Below, piece by piece: positions 10,086-20,076 of a stretch of DNA of 64,000 bases. The translations under genes and the position numbers were made by a program. Numbering within the stretch: the stretch's first letter is position 1; each line of letters starts with the position of its first letter. The notes beneath the pieces are model-generated. The model did not search any database, was not told the DNA's origin, and saw nothing but the letters and a program-made list of their open reading frames with translations. Origin of the DNA: an uncultured Flavobacteriaceae bacterium (GTDB lineage Bacteria; Bacteroidota; Bacteroidia; Flavobacteriales; Flavobacteriaceae); contig CAJWAE010000001.1 of NCBI GenBank assembly GCA_913020075.1, positions 1,425 through 65,424 of the forward strand, in the 5' to 3' direction.

Positions 10086-10751
10086 TTATTTAGATGTTTT
10101 TTGAAGAACTTCATCCACCATTCCATAGGTTTTTGCTTCATCTGCCTTCATCCAATAATCACGATCACTGTCATTTGTGACTTTTTTCATCGTTTGACCT
10201 GAATGCTTTGAAATGATTTGATATAATTCGTCTTTAAGTTTTAGTATTTCACGAGCCGTGATTTCAATATCAGAGGCTTGTCCCTGTGCTCCACCTAAGG
10301 GCTGGTGGATCATCACACGTGAATGCGGTAAAGCAGAACGTTTCCCTTTGTGACCTGCACACAAAAGAACAGCTCCCATAGAAGCAGCAATACCTGTACA
10401 AATAGTTGCAACATTAGGGGTAATGAATTGCATTGTATCATAGATTCCCAATCCTGCATAAACTCCCCCGCCTGGAGAATTAATATACATTTGAATATCA
10501 CGATTTGCATCTGTACTCTGAAGAAATAATAATTGTGCTTGAATTATATTAGCAACATTATCATCAATGGCAGTACCTAAAAACATGATTCTATCCATCA
10601 TTAAACGTGAAAAAACATCCATTTGAGCAACATTTAATTGACGTTCTTCTATTATGTATGGAGTCATACTGCTTACTATTTTATCATAGTACATTGCATT
10701 AATCCCATGATGCTTAGTTGCATATTTCTTAAATTCCTTACCGTAATTCAT
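10086..10751 (-). CDS. clpP: ATP-dependent Clp protease proteolytic subunit ClpP
   Basis: INSPGG, catalytic GIAASMGAVLL, and RVMIHQPLGG. Confidence 0.95.
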   Translation of the reverse strand: MNYGKEFKKYATKHHGINAMYYDKIVSSMTPYIIEERQLNVAQMDVFSRLMMDRIMFLGTAIDDNVANIIQAQLLFLQSTDANRDIQMYINSPGGGVYAGLGIYDTMQFITPNVATICTGIAASMGAVLLCAGHKGKRSALPHSRVMIHQPLGGAQGQASDIEITAREILKLKDELYQIISKHSGQTMKKVTNDSDRDYWMKADEAKTYGMVDEVLQKTSK

Positions 10752-10781
10752 TTGGATGTTTTTTTAAAATTAATAAAAATA

Positions 10782-12113
10782 TTATGCTTTTCCATAGGCC
10801 TGCTTAACAAAAGCATCAAAACCTACTTTTTTTACTTTTAAAGGAGCCTTTTCTTTAAAGAATGAAAGCATTTTATTGCTCATCAATTGCTCTGATATTC
10901 TTCTTGTTTCATCTTGATTAGATAAAATATTAGACACTATTCCGTCTATTTTTTGGGGGTCTGGTTTCTGTCCATATTGCATCATTTGATTTTGAACTAG
11001 AGAAGCAGCGAATTTTTTTAGTTCATCAAAGGTCATATCTAGTTTATTTTCCTTTATAATCTTTCCTTCTATTAACTGGTATCTAATCCCTTTTTCTGAC
11101 TTATTGAATTCTTCTTCCGCTGCTTCAGGAGTTAATGGTTCTTTCCCTGAGTTTTGCATCCATTTTTTTAGGAATTCTGAAGGCAAATCAAACTTAGTTT
11201 TTTCAACTAAATATTCTGTCACATCGTTTAAAAGCTTTTGGTCTGCCTGAGGCTCAAATTGCTTTTGTAAGTTTTCTTTAGTTTTATCTTTAAATTCAGC
11301 AATTGATTTTACTAATCCAGGCTCAAACAATTTGTCAAATAATTCCTGATTTAAATCTGCAGGAATACGTTCATTAACCTCTTTAATATTCACTGAAAGC
11401 TCGTCTCCTTGAATAGAAACTAATTTATCTTCATCAATTGACAATAATCGTTTAGCTGTATCATTATCCTTAAATAAATTTTTTATAGCAATATTTATAA
11501 CAGAACCTATGCTTTCAGATTTTAACTCTTTAATTACTTTTTTTGATTTTAGATCATCAAAGGTAAAAGTGATCATTTTATCTATTTCAATTGCTTCATT
11601 GAGAAACTGAGCAGTGATTTCATAATCTTTATCTGGCTTACTTTTAGAAACCAGCTTACCATATTGTTTGGCTACATAATCCAGTTGCTCATTAACCATT
11701 TTATCATCTGGTTCAATTTTAAAATGAACTACTTTTTTGAGTATATCTAATTTAACATCAAATTTAGGTGAAATTCCTAACTCAAATTCAAAGTTTAAGC
11801 TTTCTGAATCCCAATTTAATAGTTCGTCAGATGCTTTGGGTATTGGATTACCTAAAAGTTCTAACTTTTCTTCTTTAATGAATTTATCCAAATTTTCTCG
11901 TAGAATTTTATTAACCTCTTCTGCAATGACTGCTTTTTCGTGCTGCTTTTTGATCATGCCCATTGGAACATGTCCTTTCCTAAATCCAGGAATATTAGCC
12001 TTTTTTCGATAATCAATCAAAACCGATGTTACTTTTTCTGAAAAATCGATACGATCAACTGTTATATTGATTAGGGTGTTTAGAGAGTCTAAATCAGTTC
12101 TGTTGATGTTCAT
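10782..12113 (-). CDS. tig: Trigger factor
   Basis: 443 aa with GFRKGHVPMGMIKK in the N-domain. It sits in the conserved tig-clpP-clpX order. Confidence 0.9.
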   Translation of the reverse strand: MNINRTDLDSLNTLINITVDRIDFSEKVTSVLIDYRKKANIPGFRKGHVPMGMIKKQHEKAVIAEEVNKILRENLDKFIKEEKLELLGNPIPKASDELLNWDSESLNFEFELGISPKFDVKLDILKKVVHFKIEPDDKMVNEQLDYVAKQYGKLVSKSKPDKDYEITAQFLNEAIEIDKMITFTFDDLKSKKVIKELKSESIGSVINIAIKNLFKDNDTAKRLLSIDEDKLVSIQGDELSVNIKEVNERIPADLNQELFDKLFEPGLVKSIAEFKDKTKENLQKQFEPQADQKLLNDVTEYLVEKTKFDLPSEFLKKWMQNSGKEPLTPEAAEEEFNKSEKGIRYQLIEGKIIKENKLDMTFDELKKFAASLVQNQMMQYGQKPDPQKIDGIVSNILSNQDETRRISEQLMSNKMLSFFKEKAPLKVKKVGFDAFVKQAYGKA

Positions 12114-12271
12114 TTCGAGTAAAAATTTTAGTCCGCAAAATTACACTTTTTTATTTCTTAAAACAATTTTAAACATTGTTGACCTAATGTTATAATGATA
12201 AGATTGTCAATGAAAAAAAATATTTATAATAAATAATAAGGTCTTATTAGCGGTTAAAAAACAAAAACTCA

Positions 12272-12279
12272 TATATTTG
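12272..12279 (+). promoter_or_regulatory. -7 promoter box TATATTTG upstream of rpsP
   Basis: Exact TAnnTTTG match, about 52 nt upstream of ATG 12332. Confidence 0.45.
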
Positions 12280-12331
12280 CGCTCCTGAATTAATAATTAG
12301 AGGGTCGGGTATCCTCACAAATTAATATGAT

Positions 12332-12991
12332 ATGCCAGTAAAAATAAGACTTCAAAGACACGGTAAAAAAGGAAAACCCTTCTATTGGGTTGTTGCTGCT
12401 GATGCTCGATCAAAAAGAGATGGTCGCTACTTAGAAAAACTAGGTACATATAATCCCAATACGAATCCTGCAACAGTTAATCTTAAATTTGATGACATAG
12501 TTAACTGGCTGGATAAGGGAGCACAGCCGACAGATACGGCACGTACTCTTTTATCTTATAAAGGTATTATGTTAAAGCATCATCTAAATGGAGGTGTTCG
12601 AAAGGGTGCTTTAACCCAAGAAGTTGCTGATAAAAAATTAACTGCCTGGTTAGAAGAAAAAGAAGCTAAAGTTCAAGCTAAAAAAGATGGCCTTTCTAAA
12701 AGCGAATTTGATGTTAAGTCAAAACGTCTAGCTGAAGAAAAAGAAATCAGTAAAAAACGTCTAGCAGATGTAACTGCTCCAGAGGCTGAAGAAGCAGCTC
12801 CTATTAAAGAAGAAACGGCTCCCGTTAAAAAAGAAGCAGTTCCTGTTAAAGAAGAAGCAGCTCCTGTTAAAGAAGAAGCAACTCCTGTTAAAGAAGAAGC
12901 AGCTCCTGTTAAAGAAGAAGCAGCTCCTGCTAAAGAAGAAACGGCTCCCGTTAAAAAAGAAGCAGCTCCTACTAAAAAGTCTACTGAATAA
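12332..12991 (+). CDS. rpsP: 30S ribosomal protein S16 with a long repetitive acidic/proline C-terminal extension
   Basis: N-terminus MPVKIRLQRHGKKGKPFYWVVAADARSKRDGRYLEKLGTYNP. The C-terminal ~90 aa is low complexity. Confidence 0.9.
   Translation: MPVKIRLQRHGKKGKPFYWVVAADARSKRDGRYLEKLGTYNPNTNPATVNLKFDDIVNWLDKGAQPTDTARTLLSYKGIMLKHHLNGGVRKGALTQEVADKKLTAWLEEKEAKVQAKKDGLSKSEFDVKSKRLAEEKEISKKRLADVTAPEAEEAAPIKEETAPVKKEAVPVKEEAAPVKEEATPVKEEAAPVKEEAAPAKEETAPVKKEAAPTKKSTE
12788..12976 (+). repeat. Nine tandem in-frame 21-bp units (consensus gaagaagcagctcctgttaaa = EEAAPVK) inside rpsP
   Basis: Counted directly: EEAAPIK EETAPVK KEAVPVK EEAAPVK EEATPVK EEAAPVK EEAAPAK EETAPVK KEAAPTK. Confidence 0.95.
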
Positions 12992-13015
12992 AAACAAAAT
13001 CTTTACTTTTCAACG

Positions 13016-13531
13016 ATGAAAAAAGAGGACTGTTTCTACTTAGGTACTATCGTAGGAAAATACAGTTTTAAAGGAGAAGTTCTAGTCAAGATAGACAGTG
13101 ATTCACCTGAAATATATACTAATCTGGAATCAATTTTTGTAGAATTATCTTCAGGACTGGTTCCTTTTTTTATTAATAGATGTAGCCTACATAAATCATC
13201 CTTACTTCGAATAAATTTTGAAGAAGTAAAAGATGAATCAATGGCAGACAGCCTAATTAAAAAAGCTCTTTATTTACCGTTAAGCTTATTGCCAAAATTA
13301 AAAGGTAACAAATTTTATTATCATGAAGTCATCGGATTTTCAATTATAGAAAATGAAATAATATTAGGTGAGATAAAAACAATTTATGATAAGGGTTCTC
13401 AAGCACTATTTGAAATTCAGTTAGAAAAAAAAGAAGCACTAATTCCTATTCATGATGATTTTATTCTTAAAATCAACCGGAAAGAAAAAACCATTGATGT
13501 AAAGTTACCGGATGGACTTTTAGATTTATAA
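13016..13531 (+). CDS. rimM: 16S rRNA processing protein RimM
   Basis: 171 aa located directly after rpsP. It has the GKFYYHEVIGF-type motif (GNKFYYHEVIGF) and a PRC-barrel C-terminus. Confidence 0.85.
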   Translation: MKKEDCFYLGTIVGKYSFKGEVLVKIDSDSPEIYTNLESIFVELSSGLVPFFINRCSLHKSSLLRINFEEVKDESMADSLIKKALYLPLSLLPKLKGNKFYYHEVIGFSIIENEIILGEIKTIYDKGSQALFEIQLEKKEALIPIHDDFILKINRKEKTIDVKLPDGLLDL

Positions 13532-13539
13532 AAAGATTA

Positions 13540-15900
13540 CTAAAAATATAGAACAAATCCTAATGTAGGCAGAGGGGTACTATTTCCTCCGGAAGTAGAA
13601 ACAGAAATCAAGCTTCTTGGACTTACTAGGGATCCGTCTTCTGCTCTATTTAAACCATACTCTGGTGGAGTAGGGTTGGGTTGTGCAAGAAAGTTTTGAA
13701 CTTCAAAATAAAGGTTAAACGATAAATCCTTAAAATTCCACTTCTTGTCTATTCTTATATCTGCTAAATTGAAGGCATCTAATTTTAAATCACCCAAGCG
13801 ATCATAATCCAAAATAATTTCTGGGTAGGATAATGCACTAGCCTCAATGTTTGTAGGAACGTATGGGTTTTTTCCAGCAAATCTCCACCTTGCACTAACT
13901 TCCCAATTACGCTTTAATTTATAACCACCAGTAAAAGAAATCAAATGTCGACTATCCCAAACTGAAGGTCTTAATATTTGATTAAGCCCTGAAAATTCAC
14001 TAAAAAAATAGGTGTAAGCAAATACACCATAAAAATTTCTTGAAAGTTTTTGTTGAAATAATAGTTCAACTCCTGAACTTTGTCCTTCACCTTCTGAAAT
14101 AATAGCTTCATTTCCTAAAACCTCAAATCCACCACCTTTATTAGCTAGTGAAACTCTATCAATTAAAGAAACAGGATAGTAAGCATAGTTTTTAAGAAAT
14201 CCTTCAACCGTAAATCTAGAAGAAGAAGTTAAATTATATTCTAGTCCAGCTACAAAATGATCACTTCTTGTATAAGATGCATTTTGATTTACAAAATTAG
14301 ATTGTTGATCTTGAAAACCCAACATAGTGTATGTAGGGATCTTAAAATAACGTCCAATTGAACCATTAAATTTCAATTGTTGATTCTCTGTTAAAGCATA
14401 AGAAAATGCCAATCGGGGAGAAATATTATCTATTATATTTGATCCAAAAGAAAAAGTATCTGCATCAGTACGAATACCTATAGAAAAATTAAAACGATCA
14501 TTAAAAAACTTTCTAGAACCTTTAACAAAAAGACCATACTTTGCAAAACTTAAATCAGTATTATATTCTAAATTATAAAGCAGAAAACGAGTCTTATTTT
14601 GGTACTTTGAATTTTGAATATTAAATCCTGTTGACCATTTCCATTCATTTAGATATTGAGTAGCTTGAAAACGTAACTTGGTTTCCCATTCATAAGAATC
14701 ATTTTGGAAAAGAATCCCTGTTTTATCAATACTATTTTGATAACGGGAAAATATGTTTTCAAGTCTATTTGTGCTTAAAACCGTTGTCATAAAACCGTTA
14801 CCATTTTTATAATTTCGCTTCCATGAAAGCCCAACAGTAGTGCTTCGTTGATCAATAATAGGGACTTGTTCAAGTGTTGCTTGTTGCTCTGCATCAAATT
14901 CTTCAGGCTTTTTTACAGAGAAATCGTCAATCGCACCAATTCCTAAAAAAGTAAGCGAATTATATGCATCTATTTCATGCTTTATTTTCCATTGATAATC
15001 CCAATAATCAGGGCGAATAGGCAGGCCTATCAATTCAAAAAGAAATTGTAAATAACTTCTTCTTAAAGAAAATAAAAATGTGGTTTTTGATGGTTTTGTC
15101 TTGTCTTTCCTTAAAAGTGGACCTTCTAAAGTAAGAGCAGCTTCACTAGCTCCAAATCGAAAATTTCCACTAAAATTAGTTGGATTTCCTTCTCGTTGCT
15201 CGAAAGATAAAACTCCAGATAGGGGATTATCATATTCTGCACCAAATGCTGAACTTGATAAAGTGACATCTCGGACAAAAGAAACATTTATCATACCTAC
15301 AGGACCACCTGCACTTCCTTGGGTACTAAAGTGATTAATATTTGGAATTTCAATTCCATCTAAATAATATACGGTTTCATTAGGTGCTCCACCTCTAATT
15401 ATGATATCATTCCTAAACCCTCCAATAGATGGAGAAATTCCAGGCATGCTCTGAACAACCTTAGTTATATCATTATTTCCCCCTGGATAAGTTTCAATTT
15501 CAACAGCTGAAAAAGTCTGAGTAGAAAGTGGGGTTTCGCTTGAAGAACGAAATGGACTTCTAACTATCACAACTTCATCTAGAATGTCGGCTACTTCTTC
15601 CAATTCGAACAATAACGGAATATTTCCAACTGATTTCACAATTACATTAAAGAGTGTTTCTGTTTCATATCCCAAGAAACTTACACTTAAATTATAGGTT
15701 TTAGATGGAATATTTTCAAGTATAAAATACCCATCGCTGTTACTTACTACTCCGAATATTGTTCCATCCAACAAAACGGTTGCTCCGCCCAAAGGCTGTT
15801 GGCTTTGATTATCTAAGATACGGCCTGTTAATACTCCTGTATTTTGTGCGCCTAAAATTAGAGGAATTAAGTAAATAATCAAAAAACATAAATTTTTCAT
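13540..15900 (-). CDS. TonB-dependent receptor with N-terminal CarboxypepD_reg-like domain
   Basis: Signal peptide, GRILDNQSQQPLGGATVLLDG...SDGYFILENIP, then plug and beta-barrel, ending in an aromatic residue (F). Confidence 0.85.
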   Translation of the reverse strand: MKNLCFLIIYLIPLILGAQNTGVLTGRILDNQSQQPLGGATVLLDGTIFGVVSNSDGYFILENIPSKTYNLSVSFLGYETETLFNVIVKSVGNIPLLFELEEVADILDEVVIVRSPFRSSSETPLSTQTFSAVEIETYPGGNNDITKVVQSMPGISPSIGGFRNDIIIRGGAPNETVYYLDGIEIPNINHFSTQGSAGGPVGMINVSFVRDVTLSSSAFGAEYDNPLSGVLSFEQREGNPTNFSGNFRFGASEAALTLEGPLLRKDKTKPSKTTFLFSLRRSYLQFLFELIGLPIRPDYWDYQWKIKHEIDAYNSLTFLGIGAIDDFSVKKPEEFDAEQQATLEQVPIIDQRSTTVGLSWKRNYKNGNGFMTTVLSTNRLENIFSRYQNSIDKTGILFQNDSYEWETKLRFQATQYLNEWKWSTGFNIQNSKYQNKTRFLLYNLEYNTDLSFAKYGLFVKGSRKFFNDRFNFSIGIRTDADTFSFGSNIIDNISPRLAFSYALTENQQLKFNGSIGRYFKIPTYTMLGFQDQQSNFVNQNASYTRSDHFVAGLEYNLTSSSRFTVEGFLKNYAYYPVSLIDRVSLANKGGGFEVLGNEAIISEGEGQSSGVELLFQQKLSRNFYGVFAYTYFFSEFSGLNQILRPSVWDSRHLISFTGGYKLKRNWEVSARWRFAGKNPYVPTNIEASALSYPEIILDYDRLGDLKLDAFNLADIRIDKKWNFKDLSFNLYFEVQNFLAQPNPTPPEYGLNRAEDGSLVSPRSLISVSTSGGNSTPLPTLGFVLYF

Positions 15901-15975
15901 ATCTCAAAAATACGAGAATAGATTTTTAAAAGCTTAAATTATGTTTAAAAACAATTTGATTTAGTTAAACATTAT

Positions 15976-15983
15976 TAACTTTG
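15976..15983 (+). promoter_or_regulatory. -7 box TAACTTTG immediately upstream of the Rieske gene (would give a near-leaderless mRNA)
   Basis: Exact TAnnTTTG match ending 4 nt before ATG 15988. Confidence 0.35.
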
Positions 15984-15987
15984 TATC

Positions 15988-16419
15988 ATGAATGATCGAA
16001 GAACATTTCTGAAGACAGCATGTAAACCTTTGGTTCTTGCCGCGATGGGAATATCTGTTATAGAAGCTTGCTCAAAAGAAGATAACGAAAATAATCCAAT
16101 CATAAAGGATCCCTCTAGCGAAACAACTAACGAACCCATTTTATTAGACTTGGGAAACTCTTCTTTTTCTGAACTTAAAAATATTGGAGGATGGATTAAC
16201 TATTCAAATGAAAATATTTTACTTGTTCGGATCGATGAAAATGAAGTTAGAGCATTTGACAATAAATGCCCTCATCAAGGGAATAGAGACAAATGGTCTT
16301 ATAACGGAAGTGATTTTACCTGTGGATATCATAATAACAGTTACTCTAACTCATGCGGTGGACAATTGACTTGCTTTACCACAAAATTAGAAGATGATAT
16401 ATTGACTATTACCAATTAA
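15988..16419 (+). CDS. Exported small Rieske [2Fe-2S] domain protein (Tat signal)
   Basis: Twin-arginine motif DRRTFLK and a possible lipobox (EAC). Rieske ligands are CPH-X15-CGYH (CPHQGNRDKWSYNGSDFTCGYH). Confidence 0.75.
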   Translation: MNDRRTFLKTACKPLVLAAMGISVIEACSKEDNENNPIIKDPSSETTNEPILLDLGNSSFSELKNIGGWINYSNENILLVRIDENEVRAFDNKCPHQGNRDKWSYNGSDFTCGYHNNSYSNSCGGQLTCFTTKLEDDILTITN

Positions 16420-16973
16420 TTTTTTCTCTTCGAAGATTTTCTTTCTCGTTTTCGTTGATTTTTTTGAAAATCTACTTTAATACGTTCATCTTCTTTTATT
16501 TGATTCTCCTTTTCAATTAAATCAAATTCTTCTCGAATTTCTTTAATTTCAGAATCTGAAATTTGAACCTGATCTTTTGGCTGTATACCAATATCATCTG
16601 GATTAAAATTAGCCTTTTCAGTCTGCTTTCTCATCAATTCCCTAGCAACATTTAAATTATAATAGAATCCAGGATCAATCATTTTATTAGATAAATAATG
16701 CTCTCTTTTTATCTTGTCCCAACGCACAAACATAAATCCTCCATTTACCGAGTCTAATTTAATCCTAAATACATGAGCATAATTCGGTAAAGTTTGATAG
16801 ACTTGTATTTTTTCAGGAACGTAACCAGCAATGTAAAGTAATTCCTCTACAAAAGCGAACTGAGTATTTATTGAAGGATCGTCATAAACACCCTCAACAT
16901 TTACATTTTGCGAAAAAAGCTGAAATGAATATATGTAAATAATAGCTAAAAAATAAAAAGAATTATTTTTCAT
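16416..16973 (-). CDS. Hypothetical secreted protein with a highly charged C-terminal tail
   Basis: Signal-like N-terminus (FYFLAIIYIYSFQLFSQ). The tail is KNQRKRERKSSKRKN. I recognise no family. Confidence 0.5.
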   Translation of the reverse strand: MKNNSFYFLAIIYIYSFQLFSQNVNVEGVYDDPSINTQFAFVEELLYIAGYVPEKIQVYQTLPNYAHVFRIKLDSVNGGFMFVRWDKIKREHYLSNKMIDPGFYYNLNVARELMRKQTEKANFNPDDIGIQPKDQVQISDSEIKEIREEFDLIEKENQIKEDERIKVDFQKNQRKRERKSSKRKN

Positions 16974-17027
16974 GTTACTAAGTTTTTCTAGAGCAATAAT
17001 TAAAGGTAGGAATAAAAATTTAAAATT

Positions 17028-19445
17028 TTAATAGGACATAATTAATTGAAACTTTGCATTTAAACCAATTTCATCTGAATAATAACGCATTCTATTTAGA
17101 TAATCTCTGTATTTGGTATTCGTTAAATTATCAATCATGAATCGAATAGAAGTGTTTAAACCTTCATTTATATTAAATGGAAAAGAAAAAGAGAAATCTA
17201 AGTATTGATATCCTTTTGGGGGTGAACTAATATCAACTATATCTTCTGTTATTTCACCATCTTGAATTGAATTAATTAAAAAATTATTATTTGGAAATCG
17301 ATTTTGTGATAATACATAACGATTACTCAATTCAATATCAAATCCGTTCTTAAATTTATATTTAAACTTCTGAAATGTATTAAATGGTGGAATTGATATA
17401 AGTGGCTTATTATTAATTTTATCATGAGCATAAATATATGAAGCATTTAGCTCTAAACTCATTTTATTCATCAAGCGTATTTCAATACTAGAATCTATTC
17501 CCCATAATAAAACATTAGTAGAATCATACTCCCAGACAGGAAAAGCGCCTCTGATGGTCTGCTTAAGAGATTTAGGGGCAATGAATATATAATCTTTGAT
17601 ATTAGAAAAATAGGGTTCAAAGGACCCTTTAAAAATTCCTCGATCTCGACTAAAGCTCATCAAAAATTTATGAGATATTTCTTTATTAAGAAATAAATTT
17701 CCGTACTCTATCGTAGCTAGAGAATGGTGTAATCCATCACTAAACATCTCCGAAGCATTTGGAGATCGTTGAGATAAAATATAAGAAAAATTAGATCTAA
17801 AATGATTGCCCAAAATATAAATTATTCCAGTTTGTGCAGACCAATTAATGAAATTAAGCTTAGGATTTACTAATATTTGAGTACCATAATCTTGAACAAC
17901 AAAATCAGAAAAAACATTTTGGTAATTTCTTGTCTGCCAGTCAGAAGTATTATAATATTTTTTAACATCCCAAGTCACTCTGTCAACTCGAAAACCCCAG
18001 TCCCAACTAAAAGAATTATTGGGCTTGTATGAACCAGTAAAAAAACTTCCTAATTGGTAGCTTAAATAATCTGGAATTAGCCTTTTTATTCCTGTTTTTG
18101 GATTAGAGAAATTATCTTGAATCAACCCATTAGTTCCAAATTCATAGTTCCAACTAATATCTTTTCTCCATTTTAAACTACCTATTAAACTATGAGATTG
18201 CAACTTAAGATCAATTGCAGCTTTATTAGATCTGTTTCCTCTTCTTATATCAAACTCTTTTCTTTGGTTTACTTGATAATTATAATCCCATTGCCATTTA
18301 GCTTGATTATTAAACTGATTAAAAACAGTAAACTGAATATTATGATGAATTCCTTGCTGTTTGGGTGAACCAATATTATATGTAAAGGGTTCTATTCGCA
18401 ATGGTTTTTTGGACTTTAATGCCCTTATAAGATCCTGTATATTACCAATATGAGCAGATCTTAATATTCCCGTTTCATTTTTAAATTTAGAATAATTCAC
18501 CTCCCATCCTTTTATAATCCTAGTTCTTCCAAACTTAAAAGAAAAATTCACCTCTTTTAAACCTGTATTTGAAAGAATATAATTAGGTGCTTCAATATCT
18601 CCGTAACGTTTTCCAGAAGCTTGCGCTTTTAAATAGTATCCATTTGAATAAGTTTTTCTTAAATCCGAGGAAAGAAAAGCTCCCCTTCCATTTTGATTTA
18701 AATTTACAATAGTCTTACCAATAAGGGTGTCCTTTAATTCTATTTTTGGAGGAGAAAGAATAATAACTCCACCGACCATGTCACCTCCGTATTTTAAGGC
18801 AGAAGCTCCTTTAATCAATTGTACATTTTCAAAAGCATTCAAATCAATATTAGGCGCGTGATCTGCTCCCCATTCTTGATCTCTTAAACGAATCCCATTA
18901 ACAATTATCCCTATTCTACTTCCATACATGCCATGGATCATCGGTTTTGCAATAGAATTTCCTGTTTTTAACGAACTTACTCCAGTAAAGGAATTCAATG
19001 CATCAGCTAAACTTTTACTACTAAATCGATTTATCTTATTAACATCTAATCTAGATTCATTAGCACTTAAGTTTATTTGTTTTAAAAGATCGTCAGAAAT
19101 TATAATTTCATCCAATTCATTTATGTGATGTTCTAATTCAAAATCTATTACCTTATCAGCTTCAATAAATATTCTTCGCTTCAAGGAATTACATTGAGGG
19201 TGCTCTACAATAAGTAATAAATCCCCAAAACAAACTCCTTGTAAAAGATATCTTCCTCTTTCATCTGTTTGAGTAAAAATATCAGAATTTTCTATTTTTA
19301 TAAGGGCACCATATACAGGAGAACCGTCATGTAAATCATTGATATTTCCTGCTATAGCTAAATCACACGACTGACCCCAAATTGAGAAAATAGTCCCAAT
19401 AAAGAACGTAAAAAATACTTCTATATTGAGACTTTTATTATTCAT
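17028..19445 (-). CDS. TonB-dependent receptor (CarboxypepD_reg-like N-domain, plug, barrel)
   Basis: Plug motifs SFTGVSSLKTG and GIRLRDQEWGADHAPNID...LIKGASALKYGGDMVGGVII. C-terminal aromatic residue (SY). Confidence 0.85.
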   Translation of the reverse strand: MNNKSLNIEVFFTFFIGTIFSIWGQSCDLAIAGNINDLHDGSPVYGALIKIENSDIFTQTDERGRYLLQGVCFGDLLLIVEHPQCNSLKRRIFIEADKVIDFELEHHINELDEIIISDDLLKQINLSANESRLDVNKINRFSSKSLADALNSFTGVSSLKTGNSIAKPMIHGMYGSRIGIIVNGIRLRDQEWGADHAPNIDLNAFENVQLIKGASALKYGGDMVGGVIILSPPKIELKDTLIGKTIVNLNQNGRGAFLSSDLRKTYSNGYYLKAQASGKRYGDIEAPNYILSNTGLKEVNFSFKFGRTRIIKGWEVNYSKFKNETGILRSAHIGNIQDLIRALKSKKPLRIEPFTYNIGSPKQQGIHHNIQFTVFNQFNNQAKWQWDYNYQVNQRKEFDIRRGNRSNKAAIDLKLQSHSLIGSLKWRKDISWNYEFGTNGLIQDNFSNPKTGIKRLIPDYLSYQLGSFFTGSYKPNNSFSWDWGFRVDRVTWDVKKYYNTSDWQTRNYQNVFSDFVVQDYGTQILVNPKLNFINWSAQTGIIYILGNHFRSNFSYILSQRSPNASEMFSDGLHHSLATIEYGNLFLNKEISHKFLMSFSRDRGIFKGSFEPYFSNIKDYIFIAPKSLKQTIRGAFPVWEYDSTNVLLWGIDSSIEIRLMNKMSLELNASYIYAHDKINNKPLISIPPFNTFQKFKYKFKNGFDIELSNRYVLSQNRFPNNNFLINSIQDGEITEDIVDISSPPKGYQYLDFSFSFPFNINEGLNTSIRFMIDNLTNTKYRDYLNRMRYYSDEIGLNAKFQLIMSY

Positions 19446-19993
19446 TAGTTAATATTTAAAGGAATATCAACTTGAATATCTGTTTCTCCACCAAATCCAT
19501 TTCTATCGTTACTGCTTTTTGAAGTAGGTTCGTGAATTAAATATACTCTTACTTTCCCTGAGCCAGGTTCTCCAGAATTCCATAATGAATTTATGTATAA
19601 AGGATTTTGATTATCATCTAAAGTATCTGTATCTGAGGTTTCATATGTTACGTTTACCCCAGAAAATTCGTAAAATACTTGATGATCATTAGCTTCCTCT
19701 ATAACCTCTGTAGTGATATCTTCGATATCGACTGGGTCACTTTCATCTAAAAACTCAACAGCTACATCATAAATAGAGTTGGCTTTAAGTTGTATTGATT
19801 CAGAATTTGTTCCTTCAGCATTCCATTGGATTATTTGGGTTTCATCTGAAGATTTAAATGTAAGTTTTACAGTAGTTATCAATTCTTCTTCTTGAATTAA
19901 TTCTGGCTGATCTTCGTCACTAGAACATCCATTAGATAAGACAGAGAATATTAAAATAATTGCAGATAATTTTATGTATGAGAGTGAGTCCAT
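19445..19993 (-). CDS. Acidic lipoprotein of unknown function, cotranscribed with the TonB-dependent receptor
   Basis: Lipobox LSNGC-SSDED, very D/E-rich, and His-containing motifs NDHQVFYEF and LIHEP. Its stop overlaps the receptor start by 1 nt. Confidence 0.6.
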   Translation of the reverse strand: MDSLSYIKLSAIILIFSVLSNGCSSDEDQPELIQEEELITTVKLTFKSSDETQIIQWNAEGTNSESIQLKANSIYDVAVEFLDESDPVDIEDITTEVIEEANDHQVFYEFSGVNVTYETSDTDTLDDNQNPLYINSLWNSGEPGSGKVRVYLIHEPTSKSSNDRNGFGGETDIQVDIPLNIN

Positions 19994-20076
19994 TTTTTTT
20001 GGTTTTTAATTTATTGTTATAATTGTATAAGAATATATTATGATATTAGCTTGCGCTGATTACATAATAAAAAATA

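Noticed and set aside
12761-12997. 78-aa minus-strand ORF (FFFNRSCFFFNRSC...) and the idea that the 21-bp repeats could be a CRISPR-like array
   Set aside because: The repeats are contiguous with no spacers. They are in frame with rpsP and encode a coherent EEAAPVK tail. The antisense ORF is only the mirror image of that repeat.
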